The notes below the pieces were generated by a model, which was not told the DNA's origin, did not search any database, and saw only the letters and a list, made by a program, of their open reading frames with translations. A program made the translations under genes and the position numbers. DNA of 61,869 nt, filler included. It is 10 parts of 10 records of this genome, joined end to end, with 100 filler letters (N's around TTAATTAATTAA, not from the genome) between each part and the next. Parts side by side here need not be neighbours in the genome. Positions count along the whole stretch, not along the records: positions 41,023 to 48,220 come from SRR7504441_9369; positions 48,321 to 52,152 come from SRR7504441_9380; positions 52,253 to 61,869 come from SRR7504441_9382; 7 more parts are not named here. The stretch is one strand, 5' to 3'. Positions 46,629 to 58,200 of this stretch are shown here, in pieces; within the stretch, counting starts at the first letter, position 1, and the number at the start of each line of letters is the position of its first letter.

Positions 46629-48146
46629 CTATCTGAATTTATAAAGGCCCTCCACTAGAGTTCCAACGATTTGCCCCAGCGCCATGCCCGAGCCCCTATA
46701 ATCCCCGGCGTCCCACCCGACCACAATTTGATGACATTCAGCAGTGATTTGCCCCCAGCTGGTCACCACCTCTACTACCTCCGACACGACCACCCTGACG
46801 ACGCCAAGGGCTCCCGAGCTCATGCGCGCTGCCAGTTTAAGCAGATTTGACACGAGAGCCTTTGACGCAGCCGGGCAGTCTTTCAACCCATCGGCGACGT
46901 CACCAACGAGCTTCCCGATCGAGACGAACGCCTCAGCAATTGACTCTGGTGATTTCTGGTCGATACCTTGCTTCATAGAGACTACCATCGTCTGCCCTGT
47001 GCTGAAGCTCGCATTCACGTCACTAAGACAGGATTTGAACCCCAGGTCCGTTGCAATCCCGGCTACAAGCCCCTCTACGAACGCGGCGATGTCTCTGAGA
47101 GCATCAATAGCCGTGGGCGGCGGCGGGGCTATGCCACAGCTAAATCCGGACAGGACGGAGCCTGTGCACACATAGGTCACGGCTCGAGCAAATCGCGGGT
47201 CATAGATGACTGTCTGCTGCTCTGGCTCATAATTCTCCCGGCCGAACACCACTTGAATGAAGGGCGCGATGGTGGAGTTGACCGAGACTGCCTCGAAACC
47301 TTTGGCCTGGTTCACCTCTGAGGCTGTCAGACATCGTGCAGTCCAGATCGGGTACTTACCCGTTGATCCGGACCACGAGCCACCCTCGGCCGACACCGAC
47401 TTTAGCCGCCACGAGAGCAGCACCGGTGCGTTGTTGTACACGCAGATGGATGAGGCCCGCAGCGACGAGCTGGCTAGTGGTGGGCTCTCTAGCTGCTCGC
47501 TCCACTGGTCTAGGAGGCTGCGCCGGGACCTTCGGCGGCCGAACCACTCGCGTGCGGCGGTGAAGAAGTTTGCGCCGACCAGCCTGAGCTTCTTGCGGGC
47601 GGACACCTCCTGGATGGGGAACCGCTTGGTCCCGAGCGCCGAAACGTCGGACCAGTCGACCGGGCCGTGGGGCTGTTCAAACACTAAATAGACGTATTGG
47701 AACCGGAGTGAGGGCACCGGCGGGTTGGGCGGAAAGAACTTGGAGATGATGGTGCCCGATCCGAGCTGGCCGGCACGCAGGACCTCCCCGGGGATGTTGC
47801 CCCCAGCAAAGTGGAGGATAGGGCTGACGAACGAGGCTCCAGGGACTGCAATTGGGTTGAGTAGGAAGGCTGCGTAAAGTGTGCCCGACTGTGCCCGCGA
47901 CAGTCTGATCGACGGGCGGCTGGTGATGTCCCGGACCCGGAAAGTGTGCGGGGCCTTGCCAACAGCTCCGCACACCACGAGCATGCCGCTGACGTTGAGT
48001 GAAAGGCCGTCCTCGGGGGAGGTGCAATTGTAAATCTTGGACTTGATCCCGGGTGGCTGCCCCCCCGAGTCCAACCAGCTTGTGGGCCCTTGGGTTGTGC
48101 CAAGCACTGCCGCAAGGCCCAGCACCAGCACTCCCAGCCCATGCAT
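46629..48146 (-). CDS. Secreted multidomain protein: PEBP-like domain, Cys-containing beta domain and helical C-terminal domain; intronless
   Basis: Signal peptide MHGLGVLVLGLAAVLG; PEBP-like PSIRL...LYAAFLLNP...ILHF..GNIPG...PPNPP...YVYLVFEQ...LRLVGANFF; basic linker RRRSRR; then ICVYNN...YPI..ARCL and AFVEGL...SCL...DC...GDYRGSGMALGQIV. Confidence 0.7.
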   Translation of the reverse strand: MHGLGVLVLGLAAVLGTTQGPTSWLDSGGQPPGIKSKIYNCTSPEDGLSLNVSGMLVVCGAVGKAPHTFRVRDITSRPSIRLSRAQSGTLYAAFLLNPIAVPGASFVSPILHFAGGNIPGEVLRAGQLGSGTIISKFFPPNPPVPSLRFQYVYLVFEQPHGPVDWSDVSALGTKRFPIQEVSARKKLRLVGANFFTAAREWFGRRRSRRSLLDQWSEQLESPPLASSSLRASSICVYNNAPVLLSWRLKSVSAEGGSWSGSTGKYPIWTARCLTASEVNQAKGFEAVSVNSTIAPFIQVVFGRENYEPEQQTVIYDPRFARAVTYVCTGSVLSGFSCGIAPPPPTAIDALRDIAAFVEGLVAGIATDLGFKSCLSDVNASFSTGQTMVVSMKQGIDQKSPESIAEAFVSIGKLVGDVADGLKDCPAASKALVSNLLKLAARMSSGALGVVRVVVSEVVEVVTSWGQITAECHQIVVGWDAGDYRGSGMALGQIVGTLVEGLYKFR

Positions 48147-48220
48147 GGAGAATCTCCAGAGATGTACCGGTATTTTCAAGTAGTCCGTCCCTATCTCTTC
48201 GTTATACCGGGTCCAGTGAA

Positions 48221-48320
48221 NNNNNNNNNNNNNNNNNNNNNNNNNNNNNNNNNNNNNNNNNNNNTTAATTAATTAANNNNNNNNNNNNNNNNNNNNNNNN
48301 NNNNNNNNNNNNNNNNNNNN
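48221..48320. other. Artificial contig-joining spacer
   Basis: 44 N + TTAATTAATTAA + 44 N. Confidence 0.99.
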
Positions 48321-51300
48321 CTCATCAAGGCGCTGAGTCAATGTCGCATCTCCAAACACTAGAGCGCCAAACCCTCCGAGATCTTCCTCCGGATCCCAGA
48401 AGTAAAGCCGTTTGTGCGATTCGCATTCGAAAAGAAACACAACATTGCCAGCTTCAATCAGAGCCTCCACAGTTTGCTGAGCGATCGATTTAGTATCCAT
48501 ATCCTTGGGGCAGGAGCACTGCGCTGTAAGTAGACTCTGATTGCAGCAATCCCATTTAGACACACTCTCTTTGGCGTGGATCTGAATGGCATAGTGCCCC
48601 GGATGGCTTCGTATGGCGGAAGCGCCCGATCTGTTGCACTTGCCTGCGTACTCTAAACATCCACAGCAGCTCCAGGAGACACTCGAAGTGCATCTCCTGA
48701 GATTCTTCATCGCACCAAACTCCGGTTCCCACTCCGACCAGCTCGCGGACTGCCAGCCACACCACTCACCCGAGTGCTCGGCGACGTTCTGGCGGCCAAC
48801 AGAACTACACTGATCAGCGTACGCTTTTGCGCCACAGCATGACCAGCCCACCTGACCATGCACGTGCGCTCCCCACAGGCCACCATTCCGTACATGGGCC
48901 TCTACGTTCAGCCGATTCTGTCGACCGCACGCGCTACCAAAGTGTTCATCGCCACAGCAGCTCCACATGAGACGAGCACTGTGCTCGTCGTACTTTATTA
49001 GAGTCCAGGTGCCGCCTTGATGCGTCCTGACTAGGTTACTCTCATCGCGCTGCATTTGCCTCCGGTGAGCTGCTAGCACCGCGGCTAGCTTGGCTCTAGC
49101 TTCGTCCATCCGCTGGCTCGCTTCTAAGCTCCAGCCTTTCCAAGAGGCTACACACGTTTCATATCGGAAGGCATTCAACCCGTTCAGCCGCTGCTGGAGG
49201 TGTGGCTGGCTTGCAAGCTCCTGGTCACTCTCTGCTAGCACCATGTCACAGACTCGCCCGTATTCGGCTGATGCGACGAGAAGCCCGTGGAAATATGTAT
49301 TGTGACGCTCAAGCCGTAGCCTTCGCAGTCTCTGCAGCGCGTCGGCGTCAACATGGCCTTCATGCTCTAGACTAGATGGTGCACTGTCACGGTCGTCAAA
49401 ACACTCAAGACGGGCCTTCTTACAAGCTAGCTGGTACCAGTATACCGCCCTCCTGCTGAAGCCAAGCCCGGTGACTGCTGCAAAATTGTGGCTCAGATTG
49501 GGCCAAACTGCCCCTGACAGCCCGTTGGCATCGCACCACTTTACTACTGTCACAGCCACCGCCGAGTCAGGATCCAACTGCGGCGCGAATGACCACTTGC
49601 TGCCATCGAAACAGGCCCATTCCAGATCTGACGGCGCAGCAAGCCCGAGTCGGAGCATCAGCCCAGCCTGCAGCGTGACCAGCTGCTCTTGGCACACCTC
49701 AAAAACGCAAGCCGTACGCTGTGCTGTGTGCTTGCAGTCCGAAACCACTAGGCTGAGCATCCCACTCGGCGCCACTCTTGCCCACTCCGTCGGTAGCACA
49801 GGCCCGCCCTCCCGAAGCCGGTGACCCATAAGCCGGTGCTGCGAGGCCTGTACGCCATAAAGCACGAGTGCAATCGCTGGCGCTGGCGAGAACCATCGTT
49901 GTGGCTCTGGGAAGTCTGCGTAGTTGCACAGTAACCGCTGGTCGAACCATCCTTTTAGCTCGTCGTCGCCTGCCCCCAAAGCTCAGCCCAGTCACACCAG
50001 GCCTCCTCACGCAGCAGACTGAAAAAGTGGCTCAGCATAGTCTGCGGTCGGCACCTCAAGGACTTGACCCAGAGACTCGTCCAAAGGTCACAATCCAGCG
50101 CCAACTCGCAGGCACGCTGCACCACAAGCAGCAGCAGCTTGGTCCACATGACCACCTTTGTGGCCTCCCAGGAGCTGGCGTGGCTGCGGAACTCGACGGT
50201 TGGCTTGCCTTGCGCGAGCAGATTCTGGAGGTTGAGTTTGTAATACCTCGGTGCGCTGTCCGCTAACTCGACGGCCTTCAACAGTGGGTTGGCTGGGGTA
50301 GCGGGATTTAGCCATTCGCACAACTGTTGCATTGTCGAACAGCTGTCCACCTTGTCAAGTGCATGTTTGTCTGTACCTAGTAAACTCCTATTGGACATGG
50401 CAAACATATTATAGTCGGCCCGTCGGCTTGGCGGCTGAATCAAGTCAATGACCTTCTCAAAAGTGACCCAGAGCTTGCACAGCGCCTTGAGTTGTGGCGA
50501 AGGACAGTCCGCAGAGCCCCACACCCAGCTGCACTGACCAAACCCAACGTGGACGTGCAAACCAGTTGAGGTGTTGGCCCTGCTGTCGAGAGTGCAGGCT
50601 GCACTGACCGCCGAGCGCAGCTGCGCAAGCCCTGCGCTCCCATGCAACACCGGCGAGCTCAGCTCGAAGCACAGCACCGGTCCTCTGACCCCAGCCGGGG
50701 GTTTAATGCTCGAATCCGGCTCGAAATTCCATGTATCGAAGCTGTCCACTCTCTTGGTCTCCGACTGGGTGGCGCTGATGCCTGTCTGCTGCTGCCAGAG
50801 GGCCTTGAGCCGCTCCAGGCTCATCTCGGCCAGCACGAAACCCTCGAGCTCGACCCCAAAGCTAAGTGGAACCATCAGTCGATCTTCCCCAATCGGCAGG
50901 CTCTCGGGCACCTCCGAAGAGCGGAGCGGAGTGCTCGAGAGCCGGCGCAGAGGCCCTGGACCCAGGTCCTGCTGGAGCTGGCGCGAGACAAACTGGCGGA
51001 CGAGCTGAAGATACCCAGTCAGATGCTCGCGCCGCCAGCTCTCCAAATCCCAGCCGTCCTCTTGAGACGGCAGATTGGTGAAAGCGCCCGCTATCACCAC
51101 GCCATCCGGCTCAAAGGGCGCTACGTACGAGACCAGCTGCTCGCCGGTCACTGGGTCGGCGTATGGAGCGGTCCAGCCGCGGCCGGCCCGCCCGTGCTCG
51201 AACCACGGCCGGCCGGTCAATTCATACTCGCCAGACCACTCATATACGGGCTGGAGCTGACCACCCTCTTGGACCGCCGAAGGCTCGTACGCCGCATAAC

Positions 51301-52051
51301 GGCCAGCAGCCACCTCCGGCCAGCCAAGCAGCAAGTCGGCGCCGTATCGGTACTGGCCATCGGCTAAGGCAGAGCGATCCATCGCGTAGACACAATAGTA
51401 CTCACCGGGCAGCGCCAACCCTAGGCACTTTGAGTGGATCCGACTGAGACGACACGGGCACTGCTGCCAGGCCCGCCAGGCCGCAGCCAGCCCCGCGCGC
51501 CGCCGCTCGGCACTCGAGCCGTGCCCCGCTGAGGCCCACGCCTCGGCCGCTGCCGCCATGGTTGCGGCCGCCCCCGGAGCCCACTCCCGGGGCTCCAGAT
51601 CGCCCACCCAGGCGTACATGATGGCCACCAGATCGCCGTCGGCAGTGGCAGCCCGGACCGGCCGCTTGGCGTAATCGCACCCACTGCACTCGAACATTTC
51701 AATCATCCGAGCCTCGGCCGCCGATAGGTCTGGCATCGTCACCCCGGCCAGCACATCCGACTGGTCTCCGGGCACGGCCCCGGGCACGGTCAGCCCTGGC
51801 AGCTGGACCAGCCGCCAGCCGCGCACCGAGGCCGGGACGGTGGCCACCCGCCGGCTGAGCAGCCCGACCCGGACCTGCTGGTCGAGCAGGCTGCCGTAGG
51901 CGAATACAGGAGGACTGGTGGGATCTTCCGGCTCCGGGGGCAGTGGAGTCCGCGCAGGCGGCGGCTTGCCCGCGCGGGAGGACCGCTCCCGGGAGAGCGT
52001 CCTGCGCAGCTGGCTCAGCTCCGCCGCCGCCTCCCCGATTGAGCCCTCCAT
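48321..52051 (-). CDS. Multidomain protein: AIG2/GGCT (with Cache-like insertion) + Amidoligase_2-type ligase + second GGCT-like domain + coiled coil + 4 BTK-like Zn motifs; 3'-truncated
   Basis: VFAYGSLL...FE...YAKRPV...MYAW; RPWF...WTAPYADPVTGEQLVSYVAP; SFGVELE...EPDSSI...FELSSPVL...STGLHVHVG...RYYKLNL...TVEFR. A 41-nt GT-AG intron at 49970-50010 joins the 704-aa and 568-aa ORFs in frame. Then GPVLPTEWAR...GMLSLV...W....GLSGAVW and four H..G.W/Y...W(S/D)CC...C repeats. Confidence 0.75.
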
Positions 52052-52152
52052 TCGCCGGAGATAGGTCACGACCTCACTGGGCGCGCCAACCGAACGGCCG
52101 CGGCGATCTCCAACCGCAAAATTCAGAGTGATTTTAATCTATTTTTGTCTAG

Positions 52153-52252
52153 NNNNNNNNNNNNNNNNNNNNNNNNNNNNNNNNNNNNNNNNNNNNTTAA
52201 TTAATTAANNNNNNNNNNNNNNNNNNNNNNNNNNNNNNNNNNNNNNNNNNNN
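52153..52252. other. Artificial contig-joining spacer
   Basis: 44 N + TTAATTAATTAA + 44 N. Confidence 0.99.
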
Positions 52253-55200
52253 GAGCGGCGGAGGGCCAAGCAAGCAGCTGCCGAGGATCGCCGTGATAGG
52301 ATTATGAATGAATTAGATTCAGCGTCAACGAGTGGAGAACGAGAGATGCTACGGAAGCAGCTGGCTTTGTGGCAAGGTGAATACAATCTTGCAGCTGGGA
52401 AGGCTCAGAAGAGCGAGACACTGCAAGGGGTAGATGCCGACCGCTATAGTAAGGCAGTTGCAACCAAGGATGAAAGCCAGACAGATGTGGATACTACGGA
52501 GCGCAAGATCGAGCTGGCGCGAGGTGAAGTGGAAGCACGCCTTGAAGATGTCGAATCGACAACATCAGAGCGCAACAAGGCAAAAGATGACAGACGGGAA
52601 GCGCGACAAAAAGCAGCCGCAGCAGATGCAAAGGCCAAAGAGCTAGAGGAGAATATTGTCCTGGTCGAGCATTTAGTATACAGAAAAGCTCGGAATCGCA
52701 AGCGAGCTTCTGAAAAATCTGCAAAGGCGACTGAACGGAAGCAGCGTCACTTACTCAGCACAGTTCTTGCAAAGGAGGTAGCCAAGACAAAGGCTGCTGT
52801 TCGTAAAGCTTTGAGGGCCAAGATGATTGCCGAGGCAGCCCTTCTCGATGAAGAAGAAGAGCGGAAAATAGCAGAGGAACAGGCTAACAGCCAAAAGCAG
52901 AAGGCGAAGCAAGAGCAGGACAAGCTGAAGGAGAGCGAGCTCAAACTGCACGAGGAGCAGAATGCCGAATCTCTAGCAGTAGGCTCTGAAAACGTCGCAA
53001 AGGCTCAAATGGAAGTGATGTACCGTGCTATGTCTGAGGCAGAACAGGGTATCACAGCAGATGGAATGCCAACCCCCGCTCAGTCGGAAACCGCATTCAA
53101 AGATGCACAGGAGAAGCTCAAAGCTCGACAAGCCGCAAAGGACGAGGCTACTGAAATTGCAGAAACACAATCAAGACTTGTTTCCATGGAAGAGAAGGAG
53201 GCAGCAACAGCCAATGAGGCTGCATCGGTTGCAAAGCAAGAGGCAGAAATCACAAAGGCGCGGGAGGAGGCAACCAAACAGCGGCTGAACGAAACTAATG
53301 CTGAAGCTAAAAACCTCGACAAACAAGAGCACATGCAAATGTCACGAGATAGCAAGATCGAAAAGGAAGATGCTACCAAGGCCAGTGCTAGTCGGGTCCA
53401 GATTCTGATGGAAATGATGGTGGCTGAGGCTCGAGCTGGCACTGAGATAGAGCAACTCCATGTGACGTCGCAGCAGCTACAGGAAGAACTTGAAGCTGCT
53501 CAGGAAGAGGAAGCTGCAGCCAGCAAGAAGGAAACCGCTGCGCAGAATGCAGCTGAAGCAGCAAAGACTGAGGTGGCACAGGCCACCCAGACAGCAGCAT
53601 TAGCAGGAAGTGATCTGAAGGCAGCGATTGGAAATGGTGCATCAGACGCTGATATTGCAGACATGCAGGTGCGCATAAATGAAGCTGAAAAGGCTATGGA
53701 ACTTAAACAACAAGTTAGCAATGACGCAGTGCACTCTAGTGAGCAAGCCAAAGGTGACGCTGACAACGCTAGAGGCAAGGTGCAAGCTATTGCCAAGCAG
53801 AAATTGCACATGGAGGAGACAATTGAATCTAAGAGCAAAGCAATGTTGGAAATACAGGAGAAAATTGTCCAAACGAAGAGTGCTCTTAAAGCTGAAGAGG
53901 ACGCTACAATGGGAGGTGCGGTACATGCGAACAACATGCTGCTGGATGCTGAGGACCATGAAGAGCTCTCTCGGCAAGAGAAAATGGCCGCAAAATATAG
54001 GCTGAATATGCTGGAATCGGTCAAAGAGTCGATTGCGCAAGGGCATTCAGATGCTCGTATGCAGGCAGAGGCTATTCATAAGCAGCAGCAGGACGAGGCC
54101 ACATTGAAGAGTGCTGAACAGCAGAACCATAAGGCCATGTTAGCAGTGAACCACGCCACGACGGTTCTTAAGGAGGCCATGATCGCTGAAAAACACGCCA
54201 CAAAAGAGGCAGACACAAGAATGTCCGAGAGCAAGCAGCTGAAACAAACTGCTCGAGAACTCATGACAAGCGCAAACGATGCAGTATTGCTTCACGCCAA
54301 AAACGCGTCCATTAAGCATACAGCGCAGCAGAAGGCGGCCCAGTTTGCTTGGAACCTGGCGCAGAAGGTGGCAGTTGCTCATGCCTTCGCGCGTGCTGCA
54401 GATCAAGCACTTGGGGAAGATGCAAACGAGCTTGCATTCGCAAATGAGTTCGTGCTTGGTGGATGGAAGTATAATGATGGTGAAACAAAGGCCAAAACGC
54501 AGGCTGATGGGCAATATGACATGATTGCAGCCAATCAGGCCGCCTCTCAGGCAGAAGAAGCAAAGCTTGCAGCAGACGCAAAAAGCTCTGCGGCAGAAGG
54601 AAACGAGAATGAGAGGCAGAAACAGCTTTCACGGTTTGTACACATGTCAACAGTTTTGTCCCAGGCTGCTTCAAGGGCTGCTGCACAGAAATTAGCAGCC
54701 GATAAGGCAGTGGCGGCACGCCAAGAAGACTTGAAAGAAGTTTCTCTTCGAACCAAGGCGCTCAAGGAGCTACAAGCGCAGGCGGCCGATCTGAAATCGC
54801 AGCGCTTGATGAAGCTTGAGATGCTTCAAGTCGGCTTTGAGCAGGCAAACGCCACTGCGGCGGTGAGCATCAAAGCAATGGATGCAGATGCGCGCAAGAA
54901 TCGGAAAGACCTCTCAAACAATCTCAAATGGGCCAAGGAGGAGACTCCTTCTACTGAAGAAGCTGAACTCATCACAGTCGCAATCGATGAATTGAGGACA
55001 ATGGATGCGGCAGAGAGGGCCAAATTCGAGGCTTGGCGCAACGCAACAGCCACACGTTCTCTGCTGGCTGCTTTGTCCGAGGCAAAGGAGAGCTTTGAAG
55101 CCCAGGCAAGCAAGCTTGCTCAGCGCTCGCGAGAGCTGACTGAAGAAATTGATCGGAAGAAGAGCATTGTTGAAACAGCAGTCGCAACTCAAAGGACTGA

Positions 55201-58200
55201 ACAGCAACGTCTGGATGATTTGAATGCTCAGCAAGCCACCAAGGCCGAACTTCAGGAGGACGAAGCAATGATCGGCAAGCTGGCTAAGAACGAGAAGTCC
55301 GTAGAGGAGAACACTAGAAATACCGCGCAGGATCTTGTGGATGCAGCGAAAAATAGGATTGCTTCAATCATAAAGATTGCAGCGCAAGCAAAGAAAGACG
55401 AGGCCATGGCGTCGCGCGCATTTGTGGGTTCTAAGCACATCGCCAAGACGATCAATGAAACACTCCTTGAGCAGCAGGCAAGACTAAAGAATCTAGTCGA
55501 AGAACATACTATCATGAAGGAACGTGCTCAAAACGCAACAAAGCTTTGGCAGGACTTTGTAGGGTTTTCATGGCCGCCGGCTAGCACGCTCACTTCGCAA
55601 GACTGGCTGCAACACGCTCCAACCCTGGATGGCATGATGAAAGCAAACACCCAGCTGAAGGTATTGGACGTGGCTGCTCGCCCCTGGCCCAGTCTGGAGG
55701 ACTTGGAGAAAAAGGCAAAAGCCTGGCAGGAAGCAGTGCTTACTTTCGATCTTCCAAGGGCAGTAGCATTGGCCAAATCCCACGTGGAAGCGACTGCCTC
55801 CACACAATTTGCTCAATTAACTGCTCACACCGCTGAGATGCTACTGCAGAGGGCCAATCAAAGGGAAGAAGGGACGAACCTGCGCACGATGGCTGGCAAA
55901 GATTTGGTAAAAGGATTCAAGGTGCACGCAGCCGAAGCGCACGCTGAGAGCGAAAATGCAGAGATGGAAGCTTCGAGTAAAAAGATGATGTGGAACCAGA
56001 TTAAAAACAGCAGTTTCGCTGCCGAGGGCCCGATTGAGCTCGATAAGTTCAACACGGCTTTCACTAAAGCCCAGCGGACAGTCCACAGGAGCCAAGACCT
56101 TCGGGAAGGTGCCCCTGAACAGCTTGAGGCGATGAAAAAATCAGTATTCCGGTTCCATGCTGATTGTGTGGCTTGGAGAGCACGAGCCATCAAACTTGCT
56201 ACAAGTGCAGCAGAGGAGGGCGCTGATTTGAAAGCCCACGAATGGTCAGTGAGGCATATGAAGCAGCAGATCGTCCAAGATAGGCAGGCTTCCAAGATAG
56301 CAGAGATGGAGTATAGCATGCGAGATGAAAAATATCGTATTGCGAAACTGAGGCTGAACCAAACAAAAGGCTTGCTTGAGGATGCAAAGGCCGGCAAGAT
56401 CGCCGAGGAGAGTGAGCTTGCCAAGATCAAGCAGGAACAAGAAGCAGACGCGAGGAGGCTTGCCAGCCTGACTCGATTGGATGCGAAGGAGGCACCACTG
56501 TCTAAGGAGAGCATCGAAGCAGTGCTTGCTAACGCCACAGCTACAGAGGTGGCAGCAAAGCTCGCTCTCGATAGTGTTGAAGTAGAGCAAAGGCGGGTGC
56601 AACTCGAAAAAAATCAGTATGCAATGGCAGCCACAGGCCTCGAACCAGAGATCGCATCGGCAAAGAAGGAATTACTGGCATTGGAGCAGACTGAAAGAGA
56701 GAAAGAGGCTGTTGTGACCGACTATGGAATACGAAATGCTAAGTACATCAGTCTTGCTACGAAGGCTGTTGCGAAGGATGTTGCTGGCGAGGACAACGAA
56801 ATTGCACTGGATGCAGCCAATCAGACAGAGAATACCCTCAAATCCGCCGCAATGATCATGCAGGGTCATAAGGTTCCTGCAGCGGAGCAAAAGGCAAAGG
56901 ACGACGTACTTCAGGTCATGAAGGCCAAAGCTCAATTGAAACTCGCTGAGTTGAAAGAAAAGCGACAAGGAGCTGTTAAAGCTAAATTCGATTCTGAGAT
57001 CGTCTTGATGCACAGGTCATCATCAAAGGCACGTAATGCTATCCTAAGTGCTCAGGCAAATGCTACCAAGGCCGCCACAAAGGCAGAGGAGGCGCAGAGC
57101 GCTGCAGGGCGAGCTAGACAGAAGGTTTCCCAGGCTGTGGATGCAGCTGGAGTGTCTATGCAAGAACTTGAGGCAATTCGTATAAAGATAGTCAAGAGCG
57201 TCGCTGACATCAGTCAGGCCAAGCTCTCACTGCATCAAAGCGCTGCACAGGAGGAACTGGCCAAGATTGAGGCAGAGGATGAAGAAAAGCTGAAAAGTCA
57301 GGGAGAGGATCTTAAAGAGGCAACAGAGGAAAAGCAGGAAGACGATGAGCGCATGCAGGAGCAAGCTGCTACAATGCCAGTTCCTCCCAACCAAGAGGTC
57401 GAGGACGCCATCGAAGCAAGGGAAAAAGCGGCGTTGGCTGGGGCTGAGGCTAAAGAGTTGCTTCAGCAGGCACAACTGCGAGCTGAAAAGGCCAGCCTAA
57501 ACAGCAATCGCTTAAACGGAGAAGCCAAAGTGCTCGTCAAAGAGGCAGAGGCACTGCGATCAGAAAGCTCCAAATATCATAAGGCTAAGTCAGTTGAGCT
57601 CCATGAAGCCAGGCATGAGGCACGGAATGACCAGGCTACACTTTACAGTGCGGCCCAAGCAGCTCAAGTCCTGGCCAAATGCCGTGTGAATTTCATTGGA
57701 TACTCAAGTGAGCAAATCCCTGCTCCCGTTCAAGCTCAGTTGCGAAAGGCTCTGGCTCAAAGTCACAAGAACTTGACCTCGACAACCGTAGACATAGTCG
57801 AGATCGCAAGGTGTGATCCTCACACACTCGCAACAAAAGACACCAAGTGTACCACAATCGGCTTCAAGTCTCAGCTTGCTTACCATTCACTTGCAGAAGC
57901 AGTCGCAGATGCCGTGAAAAGCTCGGTGTTGACTGGCAAAATGAAAGAGAGGGTCATAGATGCTGATGTGCTGGATGGCGAACCAGTATTCGATTCAACT
58001 AAACTAGACTTGCAGATGCCTTTCAGGTGCTCAATCGATCAAGCGGTTGACAAGAAAGCGCCAGTGACCTGCTCTGGACTCCCTGGACGGCATGGTTGCT
58101 TCAATCGGGGTCAGTGTACTGCGAAGGATACCTGCATGTGCGATGATGGCTATACTGGTGATGATTGCGAAGACCCTATCTGCTTTGAAAAGAGTGGAGA

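Noticed and set aside
6800-52252. Recurrent TTAATTAATTAA flanked by N runs as a repeat family or CRISPR-like array; gene neighbourhoods across these sites
   Set aside because: These are identical 100-nt synthetic spacers with six-frame stops. Adjacent contigs are not physically linked, so no cluster or operon can be inferred across them, and ORFs ending in X...LIN are artefacts.
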